The position numbers and the translations under genes are program-made. Positions 24,277 through 35,748 of a DNA stretch of 64,000 bases are shown here, one piece after another; the first letter of the stretch is position 1, and each line of letters starts with the position of its first letter. This DNA is from Anthoceros angustus (Eukaryota; Plantae; Anthocerotophyta): assembly GCA_010909165.1 (NCBI GenBank), contig VJWM01000025.1:992001-1056000 (forward strand). The letters run 5' to 3'. The notes under the pieces are model-generated. The model did no database searches and had not been told where the DNA came from. It worked only from the letters and a program-made list of their open reading frames with translations.

Positions 24277-24930
24277 ATGGCGGCAACCACAGCGCTTTCC
24301 ACCTCGGTGGCCGCGTCTTTTGCAACCCGCGACTTCCAGGGCCTCAAGGCCTCCACCAGCTTGAGCACCAAATGCAGCGTGGTAAGCCAAGTCTCCCGCT
24401 CCAAACTGTCCTCGAATTTTTCATGCATTTCTCTTCCTGAAGCATCAACATGCCAGTGCATCGTTGCCGTAACCTCGGTTTCTTGGTCCCAGCCTATGCT
24501 GTCCACCAAATGCGTGAAGGGGAGAGGAGCTCTCGGCGCTAGGGCCGACTACATCGGTTCTGCCACTAACCTGGTGAGACTGTCTGTGCCGCGCAAGCAA
24601 AAATGCGAGCGGCATTCTGGAGCTTCAACTTGTCGCGTGTGGCTTCGTTTTGTTGTGATTTCGTGGTTTGCTCATGGTCTTCTCCTCCTGTTTCTGTTGC
24701 AGATTGTTGTAGGATCCACCACTTTGTTCTTGATAGCTGGCCGCTTCGGTCTGGCCCCCTCCGCCAACAGGAAGTCCACAGCCGGGCTCGCTCTTGTGGA
24801 ACGGGACTCCGGCCTGCAGACCGGCGACCCCGCGGGCTTCACTGGCACCGACACCCTGGCTTTCGGTGCCCTGGGCCACATCTTTGCTGTAGGACTTGTC
24901 CTGGGCCTGAAGGCAACCGGCGGCCTGTGA
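24277..24930 (+). CDS. PSAK: Photosystem I subunit K, chloroplast precursor (exons 24277-24381, 24493-24573, 24703-24930; 137 aa)
   Basis: [39 protein letters not shown]...[26 protein letters not shown], with an N-terminal transit peptide. Confidence 0.97.
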   Translation: MAATTALSTSVAASFATRDFQGLKASTSLSTKCSVVSQVSRSKLSSNFSCISLPEASTCQCIVAVTSVSWSQPMLSTKCVKGRGALGARADYIGSATNLVRLSVPRKQKCERHSGASTCRVWLRFVVISWFAHGLLLLFLLQIVVGSTTLFLIAGRFGLAPSANRKSTAGLALVERDSGLQTGDPAGFTGTDTLAFGALGHIFAVGLVLGLKATGGL

Positions 24931-25868
24931 TTGTACATTTCCTTCTCCTAAGGAGTATTCATTTGCCATTCGCATCTTCCTAAAAGTGTCCACTCCCATC
25001 TCGTGTTGCTCCTCTCTTCGTCTTCCTCCCTTTTTTCACAGCTCAAGCCCAGGGCAAGCTAATTTCCCCTTCACCAAGGGGTGACACTCAAACGCAGACG
25101 TTGGGATACGTTGGCCCACCCAGTACCTCCTTCTAAGCTTTGGTGGACATCTGACTCGGGATTGTGAGGTTCGAGAGAGGATTTTCATGCTGAGTCCACT
25201 GCCCTGTCCTCTTAAAGCCAAGCCGCGAGTGTAGATTGCTCTTCTTGCCCAGTTCGTTCTACAGCAATCGAGAAGTACGCCAAATGCCATGAATTTTACA
25301 GGATGGGTTACTTGAGCACGGCAGCAGGATGAAAATAATCTGGCCTCTTTCGTCCTGCTGGCCCCAGTGCCTGCATCATTGCGAGGATTAGACCATATCT
25401 TTTGCTACTAACTTTTGTAAGTCCGTCAACTTGTCTGATCCAAACCCAACGGACTACATGAATCATACAGCACGGACCGTGCACACTCTGGATATCTAAG
25501 ATAGAGAGAACCAGATAAAATAAGACTCCCTTGTCTGGCATGTAAAGCATCTTATTAAAGTTTATGTATCTCTTCATATGGCATTTTCTCTCCCTATGGG
25601 AAAATATAGATGGATATCTCTGGTCCTTTATGATTTAATTCTTATGACTAACACACATAAAAAAAAGCAAATACATTAGCTTTATAATTTAAGGATAAGT
25701 AGAATTACGGTATGATTATAGGACATTATTGATAAACAATTAATATATTTACCATTATCATTTACATACAACTAACCATTTGCAAAAAATAAAATTATTT
25801 GATATATTTTAGTATAAAATATATCTATATTCATTAGCTTATACAAAAAAGGAGTTAGGTTTTGTGGA

Positions 25869-26459
25869 TTATCTTGTAGGACGGGAGCTTGATGGAGCAT
25901 CTTTTGTTATTGGTGTTGGAGCTGTCGCCTCTTGTGTAGCTTTTGTTGACTTACCTGTAGTCTTAGTGGTTGAAGACTTAGTTAATAAGGGTTTCTTGTT
26001 TACTAAGGTTGGACCCATTTTTGCTGCTGCTTCCACATATTCTGAGAACAAGTCTCTTTTGTGGAAGAAAGTACGATCAGTTTTCTCAATCAAGCGTTCA
26101 TTATATTTGAAATCAGCAGCCGTTTGACTTTCTATTTTCCTAGTGGGAATGACGTATCCTGCATTCAACCTCTTCCACATTTTCATAGAAAGATCATTCA
26201 TTCTTTTATTTTCTGCATTTTGTGTATATCTCATTGGATCTATAGGAAGTGCATTAGAAAGAACACGATTTGTTTTCTCATCCTCATCACCGTTAGAGAC
26301 AAAGATATTCTTTGACATTTTAGAAATTTGTAGTATATATTTAGCAAAAAGATTCAAAATTGTGTAGAATAATACACAATAATTCTTTGTTTGGACCTTG
26401 TTTGTTGACAATGATACATTTCTTCCTCTTAGTATTTGTGAAATATTTTTCTCTAGCAA
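25869..26459 (-). CDS. Hypothetical ORF in AT-rich island (possibly TE-derived)
   Basis: 196-codon open frame in very AT-rich DNA, with an internal ATG (MSKNIF..) and Thr/Lys-rich tail; no family recognised. Confidence 0.35.
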   Translation of the reverse strand: MLEKNISQILRGRNVSLSTNKVQTKNYCVLFYTILNLFAKYILQISKMSKNIFVSNGDEDEKTNRVLSNALPIDPMRYTQNAENKRMNDLSMKMWKRLNAGYVIPTRKIESQTAADFKYNERLIEKTDRTFFHKRDLFSEYVEAAAKMGPTLVNKKPLLTKSSTTKTTGKSTKATQEATAPTPITKDAPSSSRPTR

Positions 26460-27619
26460 TACAAAGGTTCATGTAACCTCATAGTACAAGTAAGATAAAA
26501 ATACAGCAAACATATATAATATCTCTCAACAACTTATGTATAGAGTTGAGACACTTAGATAACTTAGGAGATATTCTCATAAGAGTTTTTAAGATAAGCT
26601 AATAAATTTTTTTATGGTACTTCACTTGTTGTCTACAATTTTTTTATATGTACCTTTTTTTATCAATTAATTTAATTTTATTGATCTATTATTGAAATAA
26701 TAAAATATATTGATAGATATTTCAGATTAATATGAAATATTAGATAAATTTTTATATTAATATTTTGATTTAACTATATACCCAAAGTTTGACAATAAAC
26801 TAACCATTCTCCCTTGGAGGAGTGACATGTAAATAATAATACGTTAGACTCCGTAATGAAGACCCTCTGTAGAGGCAGAAACACCTCTGGGAATTTCAAC
26901 CTCTAGAAACACCTTTGGGATGGGGTGTTACCCATCCCCTATTCTAAGGTCCTTTAAAGCTCTTTGAAGCCCTACAAGTCCTGCTAGTATGTTTGTTTTA
27001 AGCCCTCAGAGGGTTACAGAAGAATAAGTACAACAAAAATTCAACAGCTGACAAGCTAGTTTTATTGGCCTTGATCATGATAGATAATGTTTATGAGATT
27101 TATTTTAATCAACTACCTATATGAGCTCATGGCTTTTTAACTTCATATCATGATAATGCATAATACAACTCTATAGAAGAGATAGACAGATGGATGGATA
27201 AATAGATGGATTGACCTTCATAGACATGTTTTATGCATGTCTTGTGTCATAAGGTGTGATGCGTACTTAGAATTTAGGTTTAGGTACCAATTAGGTTTTT
27301 ATAAATAATATTTAATATTAGACTTAAATATGTATATCCAAAAATAGCTATGAGGATCTTTTAGTAATATTGAGTTCAAAGAAATAATATCTCTAAGGTT
27401 AGAATACCTATGGTTTAATTGCACACAAACATGAGCAAATTATTCTGTTATCTTTAGAGAAATTACATTATTAGGGAAGAACATATTGTTTGAGATATTT
27501 TATGCATTTATGGGCAACAATAGACGTACTAATTGATTTTATAAATTCTTTATCAAAATACCAGAAAATGTTATACAAAGTTATGATGAAGAAGTACAAC
27601 TTTTGAATAGACTTACTAT

Positions 27620-28490
27620 TACAAAACTTAAATGCATAAGCTTGATGAGCCAACCCGACAAACCTAAATCTAGCGCAGTTCTTTTTTAAATAAGAAATGT
27701 ATGAGAATTGTAGGGCATGCATATAAGAAAAAGGTGTTAAGAAACACACAAATGATCAATATTATTACAGATGGTATCAATTAGAAAGCCTCAAAAGGCA
27801 ATGTTCATCCTTTTGGACATCCTTGTGTTAAGTGTTTGTGCGTTATGATGGTATTGAACCTCACTCTCTTGAAAATAATTGTTGCCTGTAACTGTCTTAT
27901 CTGCAATGAAGTTATTTGCATTGCACTTCATACGATATAGGTTTGGGACAGACATCTTTGGGGAGTACCTAAGCTTCCCAATCAACAATTGTGGAGCTCT
28001 TGTCCATGATGAGCTCCACTTATTGCATCACAATTTTCCTATTCTAACCCATGGTTCGCTCATAGGCTATTCCCCTTCATGAGGATAAGATGAATTTGCA
28101 TTTTGAATTGGTGTCGCATAAATAGGCATTGCAATTGGTTTCATTCCCTCGTGTGCAGGGTCATCACCCCAGTGTCTTTTTCTTCTACAACATGTCCATC
28201 TCTCTGGAGTTGCCACTCGATTTTTAGGCTCCTTAGATGCCGCACAACCCATGCCTTCTTCGAGCAATATTGTCTTAATGGTGCCTATTTGCTATTCAAG
28301 CCAATCCTTCAACCAATTAACATTCTCCAATAAATATCGATAGTGTGCAATTCAATGTGCTTGCTTACTTATGGTCTAAAGTTGTTGGGGGAAATCATGT
28401 ATGTTTTGAATACTAGGTCTGTGTTCATTTCAAACTAATAGAGAATACACACATTCCTTCATGTATAGCCTTCCCTCCAAACCCAGCTAA
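27620..28490 (-). pseudogene. Possible degenerate C5 cytosine methyltransferase fragments (speculative)
   Basis: RYLLENV (motif VI-like) followed in frame, across one stop, by IKTILLEEGM and RRKRHWGDDP..GMKPIA (VII/VIII-like); later ARFRFVGLAHQ (X-like). Catalytic PC not found intact. Confidence 0.25.
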
Positions 28491-29721
28491 TCAAAATATA
28501 AGAAGATTCTGTAACCTTAAACAACCAATTTGTCTTAATCTACATATAATCTTGTGGGCAATCTTTGCATGTTTATTCAATTGCGGTTACCCATGCCAAT
28601 ATAAATATTGGTGTGTCCACTTTGCAGCCAATCAAAGCAGATGGGATTTCATACCATGAAGGCAAAAGCAACCTAGAGGTTACAACCCAGGAGTCGTCAA
28701 AGTAAATACCAAGAGTCACTAAAATGAATGATTGAAGTGTTTAACTATTATGTAATATTTATTTATTTATTATAATTAATGAAGAATGAAATGAAATATT
28801 TTTTGCCAAAAATGAAAGAATGAAATGAAATGGACTTCATGACATACAAGAACGGACACACAATCGTAGAGGAAAATAGATGGAACTTCACCGGCTCACA
28901 CATCGACATAAGTCGTGAGGTTTTAGATTTTTTAGACTTATAATTATTTATGTAATTTCTAATATAGCTATAGTTAGATCTGCCGCTTGCTGCGACATTG
29001 TGAATGTTTGCTGTGACTTACTGCGACATTGTGAATATTCGCAAAAAGAGGTTGATAATCAATTTTTCTTGAGAAACTTTTGAACCCTTTTCTACGAATT
29101 GGCATTTCGACAGGATAGATTGAACTGAACTCCACATACTAAACTCTAAAGCCTAACTATCACCACACAAGAAAAGTGCCAACTATCGCCGCACAAGAAA
29201 ACTAGTTTTGAATCTTCCTAATAATGACTCATAGGTGACTTCAGCCATGGTGCTTAGTTATTCTTTTTTATTGTGACCCTTGGGGTCTCCCCATGATGTC
29301 CTAATGTAGATGACATCTCCTTGTCTGCTCTCTTCCAATAAAGTTCATTTTTTGTTTTTTGAACCAAGTAGACTAAAAATATTAAGTGCACTATTATCAT
29401 GGTAGAAGAATAATTTAGTTCCTTAGAACTGCACAATGCACGAGTTGTAAATGAACCAAATTTCATACAATGGCCACCCATATGTGTAAAGCTGGAATTG
29501 TCAATCCATTACGGTCCTTAGTTCAAGAGGTTAGAATATAGTTCCTCATTGCTCGGATCTTAACATCTATTTCAATGAGGCAGAGTCAAGCGTGGAGTTA
29601 GGACTATATGGACTATGAGAGGAAATGCTTTATTAAGGGGGAAGAGATGAGGTGAGCTCATGTACCTTCGAAAGGCCATTACATGAAACCTAAGGGTCAT
29701 ATGAGGGAGTAAATAGGGAAG

Positions 29722-29811
29722 GAGGTCGAGGTCCAATAGATTAATTATGAAGAGGTCGAGGTCCAATAGATTAATTATGAAGAGGTCGAGGTCCAATAGG
29801 TTAATTATGAA
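29722..29811. repeat. 30-bp tandem repeat x3 (GAGGTCGAGGTCCAATAGATTAATTATGAA)
   Basis: Three near-identical copies read directly. Confidence 0.95.
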
Positions 29812-29919
29812 GCCAACAACATGTAAGTTTGTCCTCCCTTTCAAGGAGTGACATCCAAACATGAGTTCATTGCAGCTCCCTAGTTAAGCGTCCTTCAGAG
29901 GGATTAATGCTCTTATCTT

Positions 29920-30365
29920 CATGGCCCTGCGGGGCTACTTGTTATTAACATCATGCAATTAAGCTGCTTGTTATTAACATCATGCACTTAAGTGTTTGAG
30001 GAGTTCTCTTACCTTCATGGCCCTATGGGGCTACTTGTTATTAACATCGCAACTAGTTAAGCTCTTACCTTTCTTCTTCTTCTTCTATATGTTACTCCAG
30101 ATCAAACAATTTCCCATCAAAACCAAGAACAAGAGCTTCTAAATTCTTCTTCTTCTTCTATATGTTACTCCAGATCGAAGTCCCCCTCTGCCGCCAATTG
30201 TTAGTACCCTAGAGGTTATTCCACATCAAAATCCCAGAGGGGGACTTCGATGTATAAAGAGGGGGACTTCGATGTATACTTTGAAGTGCCCTATGGGTTA
30301 TTCCAGATCAAAATCCCAGAGTGGGACTTCGATGTATACTTTGAAGTACGAGACTTCGATGTATA
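29920..30365. repeat. Cluster of short dispersed direct repeats, TE/LTR-like
   Basis: cttcatggccct..ggggctacttgttattaacatc x2, ttcttcttcttctatatgttactccagatc x2, gacttcgatgtata x4. Confidence 0.7.
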
Positions 30366-30610
30366 CATATTGTGAAATACCTATAAAGTCTTTAATTTCT
30401 CTAAAAAAGAACATGGAAGTTTAGCCTTGCAGTAGACCCGATCCATCGAACATAATTCGATGATGAGGGACAGTGTAGTCGGAGGTAGGACACCGTCACC
30501 TCAAGTTGAGTGCTGTGGTCACTTTGGGGCCAGCGTTCACTCGTTTGTCTGTTACCATGGAGGTGATTAAGTGGAGAGACGAACTCACCACTAGTACAAG
30601 AATTAACAAC

Positions 30611-32752
30611 TCAGGTCCTGTAGCTTGGGGAGCCAGGAACAGCCAAGAAAGGAAAAGGCGCCATCGACACGCATGCGATGGGAGAGAGGTGGGGCCTTTT
30701 TCTGGAGGTGGTGACTTCCACTTCATCTCTACTGCTTTGATCGATTTTTGTACCAGTCCCGACCTTCTGCCTCTCTGCCAACTTGATAGGGGTGGCGGCT
30801 GGATTAGGCAGACGATGCACCACCATAGACGCCATGAAGAGAGGAAGATAAAGTAAGCTTGAGAGAAATAGTTTGCGTGCTGTTGCAGATGACGGCTGGA
30901 GATAAAAGTGAGACGCCATCAAAGCCATGCCAGTTGTTAGCAAACTTGTCTCCACCGTGAAGTATTTGGAAGTTGTACCCCCTGTTCAGGAACATGACAA
31001 GACAGATGAAACTGCATCAGAAAGACCACAACTCCCCAAGCAATACGGCACATGAAGCTTCGACCGTGACTACTTACATTGGTAAGCTAAAAACCCGAGA
31101 GGAAGGAGATAAACGCAATTCCGAAGTGCTGCGGAAGCTGTCCTCCTGCCAGAAACATCGAGAAGTGAAAGCATCTTGTACCTGAATCACAACGTCTTTT
31201 CAAACATAAGAGGTGATTTTGCGAAAATCTTTGACACAGGATAGCCGTCTCTTTATTTAGATGGAATACGTTTAAGAGGAAAAATACCAGAAAATGAAAG
31301 AACCTAGAACATACCCTCCAGCTGCATAATCCGTTCGGCAAAGAAATGCCAAAGCCATGAAATGCGGGATCTGCCAGAAGTACAAAGCGCCAGCAAGCAC
31401 CCAGCTTGCAGGATCAAGGTGTCCAGAGGCAGCTGCCCATCTGCCATCAGCGAGTAAAACTATGAGAGGCAAAGACTTGTCTTCCAAGTAAACAAACAGT
31501 GCATGCACACAGCTAAAACACTGCAGGAAACGGAGTCACACTCCAAAACAAAACGGAACATGGACAACCATATCACGGAAGACAGAGACCCCGTGCATAA
31601 CCAGCTAAACATCACTTGACAGTGGAGCTACAAACTCAACCTACCCCATGAGCGGAGGAATGGCACCAACAACTGCCCCAACCCAAGTATTAACAGGATG
31701 GATCTGCTTGAGGGGAGTGTATGCGAGGGTGTACAAAGCAATATTTGCAGCTCCTAAGGTGGCTGTCAGTGCGTTGGTCTGCAACACACTTAAGAAAGCA
31801 ATTTCCCATCAAAACCAAGAACAAGAGCTTTGCCACAGAAAAAAGGAAAGAGGTTTGTTGACGCGCCGAAAAGAAGAATTAGAATTCACTGCTTGGAGGA
31901 GTTCGAATGGAGAGAGGGCAACCTTGCAGGCTAGTATAGTAATGCCAGTAGCGCCAACACAGGCGGCCCACACCAAAGCATGAGGCACAGTCAAGCGTCC
32001 TGACGGCAGAGGCCTTCGCATGGTCCGCTTCATAACAGAATCGTTGCTAACTTCCATCACCTGGCCGTCAAACCATGGCATCAGCCTGGAACCAAAATTC
32101 ATGGAATTCATCCAGGAGCAGCATTCCCCGAGCTGCCACATCATCTGCAAACCGCAAAAACTGGCACCTGGTTGAATGCGTTGGCAGATGCAGCTGCCAT
32201 CATGGTCCCGGCTGCTGTCCAGGCCAGGCCCGTCCAATCCAGAACCTCTCCGCTTCCCATGACAAATCCTACTCCCGCAGTAGACACGACCAGCATGCTG
32301 CAACCAGCAGGGAGGGTGGATCCACATGTCAAAATCCTGCGATGTGCATCCAGGCGAGATGCAGTTCAATTCTTCGGCACAACTCACCTGAGCCGTGCCT
32401 TGGATAGCTGCCAATAGCATTGCCCGTAGTGCCGGATGGCCTCCGCCAGCGGCCTGGCCGTGTAGGGCAAGACCTCGGGCTGCCCGGCAGCTGGTGCTGC
32501 CGCTGCCAGTGCCGCAGCAGCTGAAGCAGAAGATCGGCGCACACCATGGACCAGGAGAGCGCCGCTTCTCCTGGCCCCCACCGCTCTGACCAGTGCTCCC
32601 AGCGTCATGGCCATTCCCACCTGCCTGAGCGCGCGTCCACACCAGCAAGGAGCAGCAGCAGCATTCCACAACTGGACACGCCGGGAAACCGGGCGAAGAG
32701 TTGGTGACCGGACGCGCCGGGAGGAAGGTGACCCGTTGGTGACCGGATGCAC
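30611..32752 (-). CDS. COX10: Protoheme IX farnesyltransferase (heme O synthase), mitochondrial; start may be 32752 or a downstream ATG
   Basis: [99 protein letters not shown]. Confidence 0.95.
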
Positions 32753-33009
32753 CGGTCATCTCAAACCCTATTCTCATCCTCGTCGGTGGCGGGAGGGCGA
32801 TCGCCGTGCAGCTGCGGGACGGGGAAGAAAGGAAATGAGTGGAATTGGATGAGCAACAGAAGAAGAAACAACGAGATCAAGCTTGGAGACCACTTATCGA
32901 AGTCCTTGCCCTATATGTTGTCCATCGCAACCGCACATCTGAGCAAAATTTTGTGACTCAGATTATTTCATCCGATTTGGTGGTCTCCCCTTTGTCTGCA
33001 CGCGCAGTG

Positions 33010-34412
33010 ATGCCGTATCTGCAAGATTTCATCGCAAGTATGTGATGTTCTTACTGATAGATCTTCTTTTCCTCCGGTTTCAGCCGTTGCTGTATTCCAA
33101 GTAGAACTCAAGCCATCTGTTTTTGATGTCTCCCTAAACCCTAAGACTTGAGCCATGTCTATGTTACGTGTTGAACTTGAGCCATTTCTGTTGTTCTCTT
33201 GAACGTCAATCCCTGGCGGTTCCGATCATACTATTTTGGCAGGTTTGGGAGGGCTGCCTGCACATCTTCAGAAGCAGTATGGTCTCCTCGGACAATTGGA
33301 CCAGCAGTTCCAAGGTGATGGACCATTTTTTTAGCCAGTTGGATTCTGGTGCCAATTCTGGTCCTCCGTAAAGCATCAACCAGTTCTTTGGCACCATAAT
33401 TCATCAACCATTTTGTGACAAGCTTTTGTGCATTTTTGACAGAGCATGAGAAGGCAATGCTGGAAAAGTGTGTACAGGGGCACAAGGAAGTCACAGATGC
33501 AGCACGGAAGTCTGGTGGTTCCGGACTGGAAGTTCTCATTCGAAGGCACACTGCAGGCATAGCAGAAGCCCACAGGGCAGCTCTCGAGGTTGCTGATTAC
33601 AAAGCGACCTTGGCACAGCAGACGTATGATCTGGTCTGTGTTCGATGTATGTTTCTGTGATTCACTGGGTGCAGGTCTACAATTTTTCCGGATCGTTTTC
33701 TGTTTATCTGTACTGCAAGAATGACATCATGATCCCTTTTGCAGGTTGACAGCCACATTCAGCGGCTTGATAAGGACCTGAAGAAGTTTGAGGAGGAGCT
33801 GAGGAGAGGTTTGACATAGAAGCCAACATTCTCTGTTCCTCTAATTCTCACTCAGTTTCGGTTCAAACTCGTCATCTTGTTCCGCAGAGCAAGTTCAGAT
33901 TGGGGGCCAAGGTATTGCAGCAGGGTCAGAGATCCTCACTCAAGAAGAAGCGGGGAGGAAAAAGTATGCACTCTAGACCACTTTCTTGTTTCAAAGCGTC
34001 CATCCCCTCCTGCAGCTCTTTCAGCATCTCACATCCTGCTTAACTTGCTCTCTGCAGCAGAGGACAGTACGCTGTCCCGGCTGCCCCCCAAGTGGAGATG
34101 GATCTACCAGTGCATCCAAACGAGCCAACGTACTGCTACTGCAACCGGGTCTCGTATGGTGAAATGATAGCTTGCGACAATTCAGAGGTGCACAACCTTC
34201 CCTTCCTAACTAAGTTGCCAACTCCACTCCACTTCTTCCCTGCCACCTCTGTCTCAATATCATCAACTCATCACTGTCCATCGCCTGCACTTGGACACCA
34301 GTGCCCGATAGAGTGGTTCCACTTCGACTGTGTCGGCATCACTGCCCGGCCAAGAGGCAAATGGTACTGCACCGACTGCTCTACAGTGATGAAGAAACGA
34401 CGAGTGAAGTAA
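33010..34412 (+). CDS. ING1: ING-family PHD finger protein (ING1-like), multi-exon
   Basis: MPYLQDFIA|SLGGLPAHLQKQYGLL, LAQQTYDL|VDSHIQRLDKDLKKFEEEL, MDLPVHPNEPTYCYCNRVSYGEMIACDNSE|CPIEWFHFDCVGITARPRGKWYC. Confidence 0.92.
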
Positions 34413-35748
34413 TTGACAAGCAGGAGGGAGGCACTCTTGCAGGAGGTATAGAACCTTCGCAACACAAAATGAACCACTTCCAGACTTCACTAGCTTGTTC
34501 CATTGTGTACATATTTTCCGACTTTCTGAGCTGCTCAGTGTTACACTGCGGGTTCGGACTCACGGACCCTAAACCTTTGCTAGGCGCTAAGGCATTCTGG
34601 ATGTTAAACTCATCAGTAAAAGCAAAATGCCAGGGCAACCAGACGCAAGAATGTGCTAGCTACCACTCACTGTACATGTTATTTGATGTTTGGTAAGCAG
34701 ACGGATTAGTTAGTTAACCATCTATTCTGGCAACGGTTAGCTGGTGAGTTTGGAGCCATTTTGCCCCTGGGCTTAATATGGCTTGCTTTTGAATGGTTCA
34801 CCCTTTCTTCTCGCGGTTGCTGGCGGCAGGGAAAGGCGGCCTCGTCGGCCCCGGCCACCAGAACTCGGCGCTCGCGCTTCCGCTTCCTGCCTTCTGCCCG
34901 TTGCATTATTGTGTGGTACGTTTTCCCCCCTTCAGCCTGCATGCGCGCCTCGTCCTGGCCCGGCCCGGCTCCCGCGCCTCGCCGTCGCCGAGTCTGCGGA
35001 TGGCCGACTCAGAGTCGCGTCTCAGCCTGAGACGCGCGGGAGTCTAGTCGGAGGCGATGCTATGAGACACGCGGGACGCATTCCGGGACTGTCACGGTGG
35101 CACTCCAGGGAATTCGGCGCCCTTGGGGTTGCAGGGACGGAGATGAGGCATTGCAGGTCATTTCCACCCGATCTCGGGACGGCTGATACGTGGGAGGAGC
35201 GGATTGCATTTGCCGCGGCCATGCCGCAGATTTTTGCGTTTTAGAAGGTGGAAGACGATGGAGAGATGCGTCCACGGAGTCCGTGCATGTTGTCTCTTTC
35301 AATCTCCGCTTGAATCAACACATACCAGTGGAGGATTTCGATGACGGAGCTTTGATCCCGGCTGGCGCCATTTTTCCCAACAGCATTGCAGGTAAGAAGT
35401 CTGAAATTTCAGAATGTTCGATTTTGAACGTGAATTCTGTGAGAACGGCAGATCTCCCGGTTTGCGAAGGTTGTGGCGTTGCCATGCCGAATTCGTAGGC
35501 GGTATTAGGTCTCCGAGGTCATGAGTACGAGCGGAGAAGGTTGGCTTAGAAAGTTGTTGCTGTCGGTTTTGTAGTTTAAATGTACACAAGCGGGGAAACG
35601 CTTGATAGTTGCTACCAGAATCGAGTCATCGGACGCTCCAACGTAAGCGAGCATTTGCATACGGTTCAATAAGGGGGGATGCCTGGATGAGACGAGGATG
35701 CGTAACCGCTGCTTTTTTGGGTTTCTGCCTGCCTGGCCTCACGCAGGA

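Noticed and set aside
28580-28600. CGYPCQ as methyltransferase motif IV
   Set aside because: It is on the opposite strand from the ENV-containing frame.
34700-35700. Several 80-150-aa ORFs upstream of the J-domain gene
   Set aside because: More consistent with promoter or spliced 5' UTR; no protein motifs.
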